Source of the DNA: Nemertoderma westbladi
Lineage: Eukaryota > Animalia > Xenacoelomorpha
Reading direction: 5' to 3'
Assembly (NCBI GenBank): GCA_032718475.1
Contig: JAUCBJ010008921.1
Coordinates: 1-62,680 of the forward strand
Length of the DNA stretch: 62,680 nt
Shown in pieces: positions 13,501-28,500 of this stretch (its first letter is position 1; the number at the start of each line of letters is the position of its first letter). Under the pieces are notes generated by a model. It was not told the origin of the DNA. It searched no databases and saw only the letters and a program-made list of their open reading frames with translations. Position numbers and translations under genes: made by a program.

Positions 13501-16500
13501 ATTTTTTAAGCACAATGCACTCTCACCTGCTTTTTTCGTAGTTTTCTTTGTTACGTAACGAGTTTTACCATCAATCTCGTACTCTGTGTGTGACCTTTCA
13601 TTATCACTTTCTTGGGGGTCACTCTTATTAGTGCTGTAAGTGTTTATACTGGGTACTGGCGAAGCTTTGTTACTACCCAATCCCAGCCCAGAGTCGTCTT
13701 CATTGGCTGCATTATCTACGTCGTGATTGGCTTCCGTGTTAGTCCTGTCTTCTATTTCATTACCCTACAATAAAATATCATAGTATTGTAAATAATCCCT
13801 GTAGCTAGATTTCAGGTCTAATAGTCGAAAGAGTCAAAGGGTCGAAAAGTCGTTTCAAAGGACAATCAACACTGCCAATCAATAATTAGGGAAACGAGCA
13901 AGTTACAGAGGCGGCTTTTTCTAACCAAAACAATAAACGATGTTGTTAACAATTGAGGGGAAGTAATTAATAAAATAATAATAATGCAAAATCCATACAC
14001 ACACTCAACAGTTATGGCAACTTTAGTGTCTGCAAGACGTACTCCAAAACAGAACTTAATATCCAATATTGGTTTATGTAGTTAAGCAGCTCTCTATTTA
14101 CGTAATAAATATTCGAGAACACTAAATTATTTAACATTGAGTAAGGCAGCATCAGGAGTTGTTGAAGAGTCAATAATTGAAATCGCAGTAATTTTGGAAG
14201 CAATTTGGTAAAATAGTGTGACAGTTCAATTTATTTTGTAACACAATTTCGTTCTATATTTTATTAAAGAATTAAGCAACAAAAAGTACCAATTTATGAA
14301 AATAATTACGTATTACATGGGAAAAATACGTAGACATTTTTTTAAATATTCTCTCACCCTTTAATAACATCGCTGGCGCTCGGTAAATAAAATGCCTCGA
14401 GAATAGTGAAATAAAAGTTATACTTTTACCCAAGTAATAAATGATTATTATTCTACATAGTTACTAAATACAGTTTTTAAATGCAATTTTTATTATAATT
14501 TGTCACTAGATAGTTTTTTAAATTCAGTTTTTTTTCTAATTAAATGTAAGTATAATATAATAATTTTTTATTACTTGTGAAAGAACTTTTTTCACTATTC
14601 TTGATAAAGTATTTTATTTACCTAGCGCCATATTTCCTCCCTATTTTGGGGTACTTCGGGCGAAAATGAAGGAATAACAACTGAATTTACATATTATTTT
14701 ATCCCTACCATGAAATCCTTCAACGGCTCTGCATTGCTGTCTACGCGGGCCTCTGCCGCCAATACGCTTAACTTCCGTTTTTGCATCGAAACTATCGACG
14801 AAACCTTTGAGCCGGTAGATGAAAAGGAATCGATTCGGACAAACGATTCAGTAGTCTCTGATTCATCCGACAGGTTACCGGTTGTGGGAGCTAATTCAGT
14901 GTAAGTAGAAGTGGCTAATTGTTCGGTAGAGTTGTGAACCACCGCGGTCACTACACGTTGGTTCCCCGAGGCTGAACTGCGTGCGCTGTTTGTAGCTGAG
15001 TTGATTCTAGAACCGGTAACCCCTCCGATGCAAACACGCTCGTTTCGGTTGCTGTCGACTCGAGTTCTGTTTAAGTAGCTGTTAGTCGGAACGTCAGTGT
15101 CGGAGTCGGCGGTGTATAGAGTTCCTTCGTCTCTCCCATGCAAATTTATTTTTAAATCAGCTGCAAAATCATTTTCAAACAATCATATTATTACAATAAT
15201 TATAGTTTATCAAGCCGTATAATGCAGTATACATTCAGTGATACGGTGTAACTAATAATATATATGAGTTATGTTATAGTTAAAAGAGAGGAAGGAGTCT
15301 TCGGGTTGCCTCCGTTGTTTCAGGTTTCACACGTTACCCAATCACTTTACTTTACTTTACTTATAATTAAAGTGCTTTAAATGGTTTTTATTACGTACTG
15401 TAATTTAAAGAATAAACTGTATTAATTTGTTATAGGCTATTATTATACTGTGCGTCCGTACTAGCTATCTCCACCATCATCCGTTATGCTAAAACTACAA
15501 TATCATGCGAATTACAGTGATCAGCCTACGTTCCGAAGGATAATTTAATTTTAAACAGTAGGTAAAATTATTGAACCATCTATGACACTGTATTGACATA
15601 ATATGAACTATATAAGATGATATAATAGTCTTCCTTTAATTGACATATTTCTTTAGTAAAACTATAATGTAGGGTAGGCCTACATTATCTGTTTTATTTA
15701 ATAACTTTTAAGAACCGTATAGTGAATTAAATTCAATACGAACTATGTTATCGTATTATTGATCTTTATGCACTATTAATGTGGCCTTCTGTTAATTTTA
15801 CCCTATTGTATGCACTGCTGTCACTAACAATACATTTATACCCAACATCACGTAATGCTACATTATTGGAGTTAGATTAGCTGTAAATTAATTTACCCAC
15901 AAATAGGTATGTGTAGACCTATTGTTTGTAAAAATAGGTAATGTGATTGATTACGTACAAAATTAATACAATTATTTCAAAGAAGATGCGAAATTGTAAC
16001 TTAATTTAAGACTATTTCCAACCGAACATCGTACCGACCAACCCACCATTATATTATTCATTCCCACAACTGAATGACGTGTGCAAAATAAACCAGTACA
16101 AAAAAGTAAACCGACACAGAGGTTAACATATACAAATATAACCGAAACGATGTACTTTGGTCTACACACTATCATCCGAGTCTAATAAATTAACTCACCT
16201 GACACTCGCTTCCTTGTGCCTCCAGCAGTACAGGAACTACAGTTGCTAGGTGTCGGAGAATGGCTGCGTTCCCGGGTAGGGAGACAATCGATCGATAAGT
16301 TTCCGGTAGAAGAGTAGATTGGGGAGGGGGTACGGGAAGGGGTGCGGGAACGCGGGGTGCCTGGAATTCCTGCGAGAAAATAAATAAAATATAGAGGTAC
16401 AGAAAGTTACGCTTGTGTGTCGGACTTCTTGAAGTTAAACTTGAGTTTTGGTACTTCAGGAGGGATATAAATATCAATACTATATTCGGGAATAGAATAG

Positions 16501-19500
16501 TAGCGGGTGACGATGTAGACATATTGAGAACTAGGGAAGAAACAAAAGCATGTGAATAACTAATAAAGCACATTGACCGCAAGTGAAAATAGTGATCTTA
16601 AGTGCAAATTGACCGCAAAACTAATGCTAATGTATAGTTTATTGTTTTTGTTAGAAAACACCGCCACTGTAACCTGTTCCTTTCCCTAACTAATTTTTAA
16701 AACCCACGGAAATTTATTTTGTGTTTGCGGTCATTTTGCGCCATTGACTCGAATAACTACAAGGGGAAGCAGCACCGCAAACGTGCCATAATCACGTTTA
16801 AGATTTTCAAATAATTAGTCGGCTCTCAATGTAGGCCTACTCTTACCTTCAGCACGTCGAATTGATTTCTTAATGACATAACTCCCGTGTATTTCGTTTG
16901 ATCGTAATTTCTCGCGCACTTTGGAGTAAAACCATTCTCCAGATTGTGCTTTTAGTTTTCTGGAAACACAATAATTATATTATGTATATCTTATCATATG
17001 TTATAGGCCTACATATTGTACATAGTGGATCACCCACATGTGTGTTTAATATTTAATATGCCCGACATGCATGTAATATATAAACTGCTGATAAAAAATA
17101 TCAGACACGTGATGACTTTTCTCTCTCTTAGTTATGTTGACAACTTTGGGAACAAAAATTATGAACGATGGTTGACTGTCGGTAACATGGTATGTGATTG
17201 GTGGAGGCTTCTGTTGTGGACAGTGGCTTTTACGTTACAGGTGGGTGATCCTCTAAAGGAGGCTCCAGAGTCTTGATAATGATAAATGTGACGGTCCAAA
17301 ACCAAAAATTAAAAAAAACATTTTGAAATTTTTCTCAATATGAATTTCACGTTAATGGCTCAGACCTCATATATATCACATAACGTGAAAAGTACTGGAT
17401 TTGTGTAAAAAAAGTAAAAATTTAACGTGAAATTAATGCTTGTTTTTTTTTATGGCATAATTGTATTTTTGGGTGGCAAATCAATTGGTAAATAGAGTGA
17501 GGCGATGGAAGTATCCATCCATGGATATGTAGTTGAAAAATCACGCCAACTTTTGGGGTCAGGGGTCAAAACATGAAGATTGAAGTAATGAATGGAGACA
17601 CTTGCCCAATAGGATACTTCCCCAATAGGTCATTTGCCCATTAAAAAAAAATATTTTAGGTCACTTGCCCAATACTCGACTCGACTTACAGACTAAGTCA
17701 CTTATCCAATAAGTTTTTTTGAGACCATAATTTCCATTCGCTACGTATTCACTGAAAATAGTGATCCTCGCCGCAAATTGACCGCAAGTGAAATTTCCAT
17801 AAGAGACCATAATTTCCATTCGCTACGTATTCACTGAAAATAGTGATCCTCGCCGCAAATTGACCGCAAGTGAAATTTCCATAAGAGACCATAATTTCCA
17901 TTCGCTACGTATTCACTGAAAATAGTGATCCTCGCCGCAAATTGACCGCAAGCGATTTCGCAACCTCACAAAATCTGTATATAGCGTCGATATAACTAAA
18001 TATTTAAAATTAAATATTTAAAATTAAAAGTTAAAAATTATTGGTGCCAGCTACCAAAAGTGGTATTGTAGCTGTGTGGTTAAATATTTTTACCGTTGAA
18101 CATTGCATATAAAGTATTTTTTTGTTTTGGTTAAAAAACACCGCCACTATAACCTGCTTCTTTCCCGTAATGTTTTCAATTAAATGTAATTAATTTTTTA
18201 AACCTACTATAAACATATATTTGGTGTTTTTGCGGTCATTTTGCGCCATTAACTTCGACGAAATCTATTTATAAATTTTGTACCACAGCCAATTTAGGTC
18301 CCCGAACGAAGAAATATTGTTATGAGACTTAACTGAATGCCACATATATTGTATTTAAAACGAAATTCCAATAGAAACCCATATATGAAAGGAATAATGG
18401 AATTATAGGTATATTGAAAGAACATTATTTCATCATCGTTATCGTATTTTTCATCAATTACGTTACAGGTTTATGATTTTTCAATCATTTTCTTTGTCCC
18501 ATCTGGGCAATGTTATCAATCAATTATAACTCTCTCGGAACTGATCTTTTATACATTTTCAGTTGTATCTTACTTATACATCTCAATAAGTGTATATTAA
18601 ATTAATTAAGAAATCCTTTCGGCTCCGAAATAGTGATATGCTGCATTCGCTATATTAGCCGGATACTTTACCAACACTATTCTAGTAGCAGGATACTTTA
18701 CCAACACTATTCCAGTAGCCAGATACTTTACCAACACTATTCCAGTAGCCGGATACTTTACCAACACTATTCCAGTAGCCGTATACTTTACCAAGACTAT
18801 TCCAGTAGCCAGATACTTTACCAACACTATTCCAGTAGCCGGATACTTTACCAACACTATTCCAGTAGCCGTATACTTTACCAACACTATTCCAGTAGCC
18901 AGATACTTTACCAACACTATTCCAGTAGCCGGATACTTTACCAACACTATTCCAGTAGCCGGATACTTTACCAACACTATTCCAGTAGCCGGATACTTTA
19001 CCAACACTATTCCAGTAGCCGGATACTTTACCAACACTATTCCAGTAGCCGGATACTTTACCAAGACTATTCCAGTAGCCGGATACTTTACCAACACTAT
19101 TCCAGTAGCCGGATACTTTACCAACACTATTCCAGTAGCCGGATACTTTACCAAGACTATTCCAGTAGCCGGATACTTTACCAACACTATTCCAGTAGCC
19201 GGATACTTTACCAACACTATTCCAGTAGCCTGATACTTTACCAACACTATTCCAGTAGCCGGATAATTTACCAACACTATTCCAGTAGCCGGATACTTTA
19301 CCAACACTATTCCAGTAGCCTGATACTTTACCAACACTATTCCAGTAGCCGTATACTTTACCAACACTATTCCAGTAGCCGGATAATTTACCAACACTAT
19401 TCCAGTAGCCGGATACTTTACCAAGACTATTCCAGTAGTCGGATACTTTACCAACACTATTCCAGTAGCCGTATACTTTACCAACACTATTCCAGTAGCC

Positions 19501-22500
19501 GGATAATTTACCAACACTATTCCAGTAGCCGGATACTTTACCAAGACTATTCCAGTAGCCGGATACTTTACCAACACTATTCCAGTAGCCTGATACTTTA
19601 CCAACACTATTCCAGTAGCCGGATAATTTACCAACACTATTCCAGTAGCCGGATACTTTACCAACACTATTCCAGTAGCCGGATACTTTACCAACACTAT
19701 TCCAGTAGCCGGATACTTTACCAACACTATTCCAGTAGCCTGATACTTTACCAACACTATTCCAGTAGCCGGATAATTTACCAACACTATTCCAGTAGCC
19801 GGATACTTTACCAACACTATTCCAGTAGCCTGATACTTTACCAACACTATTCCAGTAGCCGTATACTTTACCAACACTATTCCAGTAGCCGGATAATTTA
19901 CCAACACTATTCCAGTAGCCGGATACTTTACCAAGACTATTCCAGTAGCCGGATACTTTACCAACACTATTCCAGTAGCCGTATACTTTACCAACACTAT
20001 TCCAGTAGCCGGATAATTTACCAACACTATTCCAGTAGCCGTATACTTTACCAACACTATTCCAGTAGCCGGATAATTTACCAACACTATTCCAGTAGCC
20101 GGATACTTTACCAAGACTATTCCAGTAGCCGGATACTTTACCAACACTATTCCAGTAGCCGTATACTTTACCAACACTATTCCAGTAGCCGGATAATTTA
20201 CCAACACTATTCCAGTAGCCGGATACTTTACCAAGACTATTCCAGTAGCCGGATACTTTACCAACACTATTCCAGTAGCCGGATACTTTACCAACACTAT
20301 TCCAGTAGCCTGATACTTTACCAACACTATTCCAGTAGCCGGATAATTTACCAACACTATTCCAGTAGCCGGATACTTTACCAACACTATTCCAGTAGCC
20401 TGATACTTTACCAACACTATTCCAGTAGCCGTATACTTTACCAACACTATTCCAGTAGCCGGATAATTTACCAACACTATTCCAGTAGCCGGATACTTTA
20501 CCAAGACTATTCCAGTAGCCGGATACTTTACCAACACTATTCCAGTAGCCGTATACTTTACCAACACTATTCCAGTAGCCGGATACTTTACTAACACTTA
20601 TTCCAGTACCCTGATAGTTTACCAACACTATTCCAGTAGCCGTATACTTTACCAACACTATTCCAGTAGCCGGATACTTTACCACACTATTCCAGTAGCC
20701 TGATACTTTACCAACACTATTCCAGGAGCCGGATACTTTACTAACATTTATTCCAGTAGCCGTATACTTTACCAACACTATTCCAGTAGCCGTATACTTT
20801 ACCAACACTATTCCAGTAGCCAGATACTTTACTAACACTTATTCCAGTACCCTGATAGTTTACCAACACTATTCCAGTAGCCGTATACTTTACCAACACT
20901 ATTCCAGTAGCCGGATACTTTACCACACTATTCCAGTAGCCTGATACTTTACCAACACTATTCCAGGAGCCGGATACTTTACTAACATTTATTCCAGTAG
21001 CCGTATACTTTACCAACACTATTCCAGTAGCCGTATACTTTAGCAACACTATTCCAGTAGCCGTATACTTTACCAACACTATTCCAGTAGCCGGATACTT
21101 TACTAACACTTATTCCAGTAGCCGGATAATTTACCAACACTATTCCAGTAGCCGGATACTTTACTAACACTATTCCAGTAGCCGGATAATTTACCAACAC
21201 TATTCCAGTAGCCGGATACTTTACTAACACTTATTCCAGTAGCCGTATACTTTACTAACACTATTCCAGTAGCCGTATACTTTACTAACACTTATTCCAG
21301 TAGCCGGATAATTTACCAACACTATTCCAGGAGCCGGATACTTTACTAACACTTATTCCAGTAGCCGTATACTTTACCAACACTATTCCAGTAGCCGGAT
21401 ACTTTACTAACACTTATTCCAGTAGCCGGATAATTTACCAACACTATTCCAGGAGCCGGATACTTTACTAACACTTATTCCAGTAGCCGTATACTTTACC
21501 AACACTATTCCAGTAGCCGGATGCTTTACCAACACTATTCCAGTAGCCGTATACTTTACCAACACTATTCCAGTAGCCGGATACTTTACCAACACTATTC
21601 CAGTAGCCGGATACTTTACCAACACTATTCCAGTAGCCGGATACTTTACCAACACTATTCCAGTAGCCTGATACTTTACCAACACTATTCCAGTAGCCGG
21701 ATACTTTACCAACACTATTCCAGTAGCCGGATACTTTACCAACACTATTCCAGTAGCCGGATACTTTACCAACACTATTCCAGTAGCCTGATAATTTACC
21801 AACACTATTCGAGTAGCCGGATACTTTACCAACACTATTCCAGTAGCCGGATACTTTACCAACACTATTCGAGTAGCCGGATACTTTACCAACACTATTC
21901 CAGTAGCCGGATACTTTACCAACACTATTCCAGTAGCCGGATACTTTACCAACACTATTCCAGTAGCCGGATACTTTACCAACACTATTCCAGTAGCCGG
22001 ATACTTTACCAACACTATTCCAGTAGCCGGATACTTTACCAACACTATTCCAGTAGCCGGATAATTTACCAACACTATTCGAGTAGCCGGATACTTTACC
22101 AACACTATTCCAGTAGCCGGATACTTTACCAACACTATTCCAGTAGCCGGATACTTTACCAACACTATTCCAGTAGCCGGATACTTTACCAACACTATTC
22201 CAGTAGCCGCATACTTTACCAACACTATTCCAGTAGCCGGATACTTTACCAACACTATTCCAGTAGCCTGATAATTTACCAACACTATTCGAGTAGCCGG
22301 ATACTTTACCAACACTATTCCAGTAGCCGGATACTTTACCAACACTATTCCAGTAGCCGGATACTTTACCAACACTATTCCAGTAGCCGGATACTTTACC
22401 AACACTATTCCAGTAGCCTGATAATTTACCAACACTATTCGAGTAGCCGGATACTTTACCAACACTATTCCAGTAGCCGGATACTTTACCAACACTATTC

Positions 22501-25500
22501 CAGTAGCCGGATACTTTACCAACACTATTCCAGTAGCCGGATACTTTACCAACACTATTCCAGTAGCCGCATACTTTACCAACACTATTCCAGTAGCCGG
22601 ATACTTTACCAACACTATTCCAGTAGCCGGATACTTTACCAACACTATTCCAGTAGCCGGATACTTTACCAACACTATTCCAGTAGCCGCATACTTTACC
22701 AACACTATTCCAGTAGCCGGATACTTTACCAACACTATTCCAGTAGCCGGATACTTTACCAACACTATTCGAGTAGCCGGATACTTTACCAACACTATTC
22801 CAGTAGCCGGATACTTTACCAACACTATTCCAGTAGCTGCATACTTTACCAACACTATTCCAGTAGCCGGATACTTTACCAACACTATTCCAGTAAATGT
22901 CATGTAATTCTTTGTCTTTGACAAACGTCTAAACGAACATCAATTATTAAAATCCACTTATATTAGGTAAATATGTATAAATTAATGATATATTTATTTT
23001 CACTTATTTTGTTGTTTATTTATATATTTTTTTCAGGAATACGAGGTTCTATTCATTATTCATTATTCCACAGAGGACAATAACGCATTAGCTATATATA
23101 ATTTGCCTATCCCAATCCGTACTTACATAGTAACTATAATATTAAAAGTAACGTAACTAAAATGTGTCAACTTACATCTTGGAGGCGCAGAGTTTGCAGG
23201 CCCAACATTTGTCTAATAGAGAGATAATCTTTATAACCGTGGGAATCTGACAGTCTTTGCAAACTTTTTTCCCGCAAACTTTGCATACATCACCTAAAAC
23301 ATGAAACAAATTCAAATATCTCTAAACACAAGAATCAAATTCTTATACATTAAAATATATCAGCATACCGTTCCTGTATTTTACTCTATTAATATACCAC
23401 CGGTGATGCCATAATCAATCATTGATAAAAGTATCTGAGCACTAGAAACCCCGCTCCTCTCACTTGGCAATTACTTGTATGACAGGGAGGATCGCCACAT
23501 AATAATTATATATTATATATTCCATAATTAATCAACGTTTTTCTGTATCGCCTAGAGGCGCAAAAGGCAGGTCTCATCACCACAGGGTCCCAAGTAGGTG
23601 ACCCAGTTAGCGATTATCGCAGCTGCTATGCGCCCAAGGAGCGACCCCCCCTCCCAGATGTTGGCGAAATAGATAACTACTCCGCCAGCGGCCCCAGCCT
23701 GGTTTTGTAACCTTTACGATAAAACTTTCAGTTTAATCAATCTCCAAGAATTATAATAGCTCTTCTGACTTTCCCTCTGACTTCGCTGACATTAAACCGC
23801 CGGTACAATAACTTATGGTAAATATGATATCAGTGGCTCGTTTCGCTCTATTGAGTTGCCATGGATACAACGAAACAAGCCTTCTCACCTCTATTAAATA
23901 TCCAACCGAATTGCGCGAGACATCGGTAACACATTTTCTCTACTACAGGTTCAACACCTACCAGCTGATGTACCGAGGACCGTCGGACCGCCTGGTACTC
24001 TACCTTTAGGCACCTAAAACGATAAAGGAAACCGGTCTGTGGTTATATTTAAGTGACAGAAATAAAAAATGGACCAGTTTTATTCTGATAATTTTCTGAT
24101 ATCACCTTCAGCACATTAATTAATAAATAAAGCAGAAGCGCCCCCTAATAAAGAAGCATAGAAATAGTCAGGTAGACAGAGGTGTCCACCGTGACTTTGG
24201 GTCATCACGCATTTTTATTTGCTTAAACTTTAGTCGGACCTTAGAGTAATCAAAATCCGTCGGGTGCACACTTCGGCACCTTTGGGGAACTTTTTATAAA
24301 GCACTTAACCTAAGTTTCCATAGCAACCGACATACAAGGTTTTATTTTGAGATATCTGCGACCTTGCACCTATTTCCACAGCTCTTGTTAATTATTCTGA
24401 ATAAGATTTCTAGAAGATTAGTTCCCATAGCAACATTATTAATCATAAATTTTGGTCTTTGGGATGTATTTATTAAGATATGCCAACTATTAAACTTTTG
24501 ATTATTTATGTAACTATTTATAAAAGCAAACAATTATTTAAATTATTAATCACATTTAGTCATTCATTTAATTAGATGAGTTAGTTTTCTCCTTTCAAAT
24601 GCAAATTTTGACGTTTATCTTTCCAACGATTGCAGAAAATAGGTACAGTAGATTCAATGTGCCATCATTCTTTACTGCGTACCTATCTGGGTATCTATCC
24701 AAAATATTATCCATTACTGGTATTACGAAAGTTAATCAATCAGCTAGAAGAGTTGTATGTTTATTAAAATAATTATTTAAAAGGAACATTGCTTTAAACA
24801 TTGTATTTATTTTTACACTTTGAAGTAGTGCAGGTGCATATTGTAGTACAAGGTAGAGCGGCTATAGAGCAGCCGCATCGATTGGAAGAACAGGCACTTA
24901 CGGACTTGCAATTACAAGATATAGTTTTAAGGATCGAAATTGGGGCAATGGATGAGACGCCAGGATCCGGTATCACTTTGTCATTGATCGCCATCCAACC
25001 AAACTTGTTAACAGCCATCAGTGGAGGTGCAGGATCATCAGCAGCTCTCCACAAAAGAACTTGCAAACGAGCCCGTTTTACATGTTGTACAGCGGCACTC
25101 TGTGTGGGGGGAAGGTTGAATACTTTAGGGTGTTGCTTCTTTGTAGTGAATAGCCTATGTCGAAGTTCATTCAGAGTATCCGATATGCCACCACCATAGA
25201 GGTGTATAATGAACGAGAGGCCTATTTGTAGCCATTCTTCTTCTGTAACATTTGGATCACAGAAAATCTGCAGGGATTCGTGCAACGTACACATCAATTT
25301 GATGCGTTCTTTTTTCCCTTCCCATATGGATATGATACTGTATCGCAACCAGATAAAGCGTGTAAAGAAAGGAGACCAGCACACTGATTTCCGAGTTGGA
25401 TAGCAGTGCTGTTGATATTTATGATTTTTCCATTAAATCTACGTATGGAGAGTTGAACAGTTGGTTGATATAGCCAGAAGAAGAATACTGCTAGTACGAA

Positions 25501-28500
25501 AATGTCTGTATCTTCTGTTGTTATTTGTATATGTCTGATGTTGTCATAATCAGATAACTTTAACATGTAACTAATAATAGTAACATTAGCTTCTTCATGC
25601 TCGAATATATTATTAGAGTCGCCAACAAGGTGTAATGATTTATGTGTTGTATAATTACACATTTGTTTATTGTTCACAGACTTCATAATAGTGTCTCTGG
25701 AAGGTAGAATTGTTTCAAGTGATAGTTCATATTGGTGATAACTGTTGGATTTGTGACGGGATCCAGGAGGGATCCCGATTTATCCGATGTGGTATTTAGT
25801 CCACGCGTCCCCGCCGTGTATAAGAGTGAAATAAAGATAACTGAGTTCTGAAGTTCGGTGTATAATAATAGGTTATAGGATATAGATATATTGTGAATTA
25901 TACGGTAGGCGGGATACGGTAACTAAAGTCCCGTGATCCCCTAACTAAACTAATTGGCTGTACCCTACGCTAGCACTGCTGCACTGAGATAACTGAATCA
26001 CTGATTAATAGGTTATTGGTTATATTGCACGGTGGCCTTACTGCTACTCAATCGATGCCATTCCCCCCTCTGATTGGTTAATACCCTTGTTGGCGCCCCG
26101 TGGAGTATTCCCGTTCACTCCACCTGTTCTCTCTGGGTTAGGGGTTTGGCCCCTGACCCTCTATTGTGTGCTTCCTTCCCACTCTTATTGGGATGGCACG
26201 AGTTGGTTAATTGCCCAATCTCGTGGCTCCCAATATTGCTTATCGGCTTACAACTTTATGGGGTGTTGGCGGGATTGAATAAGCTAACACTCCCCCCCAT
26301 GCTATCTTCCCGGTAAGAAGATAGCATCAACCAAAAAAAGTGCGTTACAATCCCGCTGGATCCCGATCTAGTATCGGGTGTGGGGTGGAATTCTTTTCTC
26401 TAGGAGCCGGCTTTCCAGGCCGCCCCCTATGGGTATGATAACGCTACCCTGTGTGCCTGGCGTCTCATGTCGGGCCGATCGCGCTCACCTCTTCACGCGA
26501 TTTTTGTTTCCCCAACATTTTCGCCCTATCTCACCTTCACTCTCACCCTAACTCTCTCATACCCCCGGACCTCCTCGTCCCTCACTCAGCCTCTTATTCT
26601 CCCCCCCCCCCACACTAGAATTGCGTTCGCACTCTCTCCGCACTTCGCACTCTTATTCCGATTCTCAACTCCACTTTGACTGTTTTATCTCTCCTGACGA
26701 ACCTCCCCCCCCTCTCGTGCCGTCGCACTCAAGAAGCGTGAAATTGTCAGTTGTCTCGTCCATAGTGCCATAGTCAATTGTCCCCCAGTCCCAGTAGCTA
26801 ATTGAGAAAGGTTGTATGACTATAGTACTTACTCCAAACGTATGTATTTTACTGCTAATCACTACGTACGTACATACAAATTGCACTTATATAGTTGTTT
26901 GCATTAATTAAATTTATACTTAATAGTTCGTACGTTACATGCGGCGCCTTCCAGGCGCACCACTTCCCAGTCTCAGTCTCATTCCCTCGTCTCCGGGAAC
27001 TTATCTGTTCCTCCTCACGTCCTCTTCCCTGGCCCGTTTCTTGGTTATCATCGCTCCTCTGGCATCATCCGCTTTCTGTTTCCGGACCTTCGCTGCCACT
27101 TCCTTGCTGATCCCGGTCGTCGGCTCCTTGGGCGCTGGTGTTATTAAAGCCCGATACCGCTTCGCCGGTGGCCCCTCAGAATGGCCTGGTTGTCTCCCTC
27201 GTGTGGCGTCCCATAGGATCATTTTCATTGCCTTTGGTACGTGTTCCGCCAAGAAATCCCTAAACTCCCTCCGGTTCTCTGGTGTCCACCTGTCCAGGTA
27301 CCGTTGCGTGTTCATAACTCCGGCGAACGATGCCGCCGTAGCTACCTCTTGATAGGTAAACGGTAACCTTCGCTTTATGATTTCCATGTGGGTCTCCTGG
27401 TTTATGAGGAAGAAACCCCACTTGAACTCTTGGGCCTTCATGCGCTGGCGCATCATGGCCCCGACGTCGGCCCACTCCTCGAACCTCGTGAACTTCTCCT
27501 CGTCGCTCATCCAGTCACACTCGCGTCCGTAGTGCCCCCGAAAGTGGCACTTTGGACATCGGTTATGCAACCGTGGACACGCCCCCATCCTGTGACTTGG
27601 TTCTCTACAGTAGAGACAAAAGGTTCCCCGTTGGAACCGGTATAGGCAGCTGCTTTCCTGATGGGTCTGTCTCCCACAGTAGTCGCAGCCGAGTACCAAT
27701 GTCTCCCGTCCCACCTCGTCCTTCGTCCCAAGCGATCTCCGCGGTCTATGGAGTCGCTGGTAGGCAAACTTCTCCACGTTGCTCTCCCTGTTTACGTCGA
27801 TCTCTCCGCCCCTCTCGGGCATCGTCTCCCCGAATACTATCCGTGGTGCCGTCCCCGGTTGCTCGCCCAACCTGATGGTGCTCCCCGCGAAATCCATCGC
27901 CGGCCCCTCGTGCACCCAGGTCCGCTTGCCGGATCTGTTCCAGAAGGCCCTCGCCCCACTGGCCGTCACCACCCTTCCGCCAACCCAGTCCGTGTCCGAG
28001 TGGCCTATCCTTTCGATGGGCGGCATCTCTCCGAACTCGTCGCCGTCGTCTTCCTCTTCTGGTAGTGTTTCCAACCCCGGTATCCCGATGGATCCACTAT
28101 GTCCCTTCCCGCCTTGGCTCTCGCCCGTAGCTCTCCATCCCTCTAGCTCCCTTAACTTCCTTGGCGGTTGGTCGCCCTCGGCGCCCGCTGGTATGGGCAT
28201 CGCGTGCAACCCCGACGTCGACTGTTTCGGCGTTCCCACCGTCCATCCCAATTCTCGCCCTAGAGACTCCCCCGAACTCCCCGACGAAGTCCAATGAAGT
28301 TCGTCTAGGCCCGCCTGTTCCTCGAAGCCATAACTCTGTGTCCTGGCCTCCTCTTCCCTCTCCTCTGCCTCTATCCTCTCCCGTCTAGCGACTTCTTCCA
28401 GTCGCTTTGCTTCCCGTCTATCCATCTCTAGCTGCTCCCATCTCTGATACGGTGTATCTGTCTCCCCGTCTACCAGATGTCGGCTGTTGTAGTACACCGA

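Noticed and set aside
16190-16582. Listed 130-aa ORF as the exon translation
   Set aside because: Splice phases of the flanking exons require a different frame for 16199-16369.
18606-22924. Long ORFs of 466-718 aa (VKYPATGIVL, YQHYSSSRIL and GKVSGYWNSV repeats)
   Set aside because: By-products of a 30-bp stop-free tandem unit. They are open in several frames on both strands, lie in an intron, and are broken by 29/31-bp variants.
24794-24930. Cys-rich CXC domain as a host tesmin/LIN54 gene
   Set aside because: It ends a frameshifted XPG-like transposon ORF between TIRs, consistent with an Academ Cys8 finger.
26074-26316. Identical small ORFs at 26074/26087 and 37541/37554
   Set aside because: They are duplicated only because they lie in the two LTRs; no coding signature.
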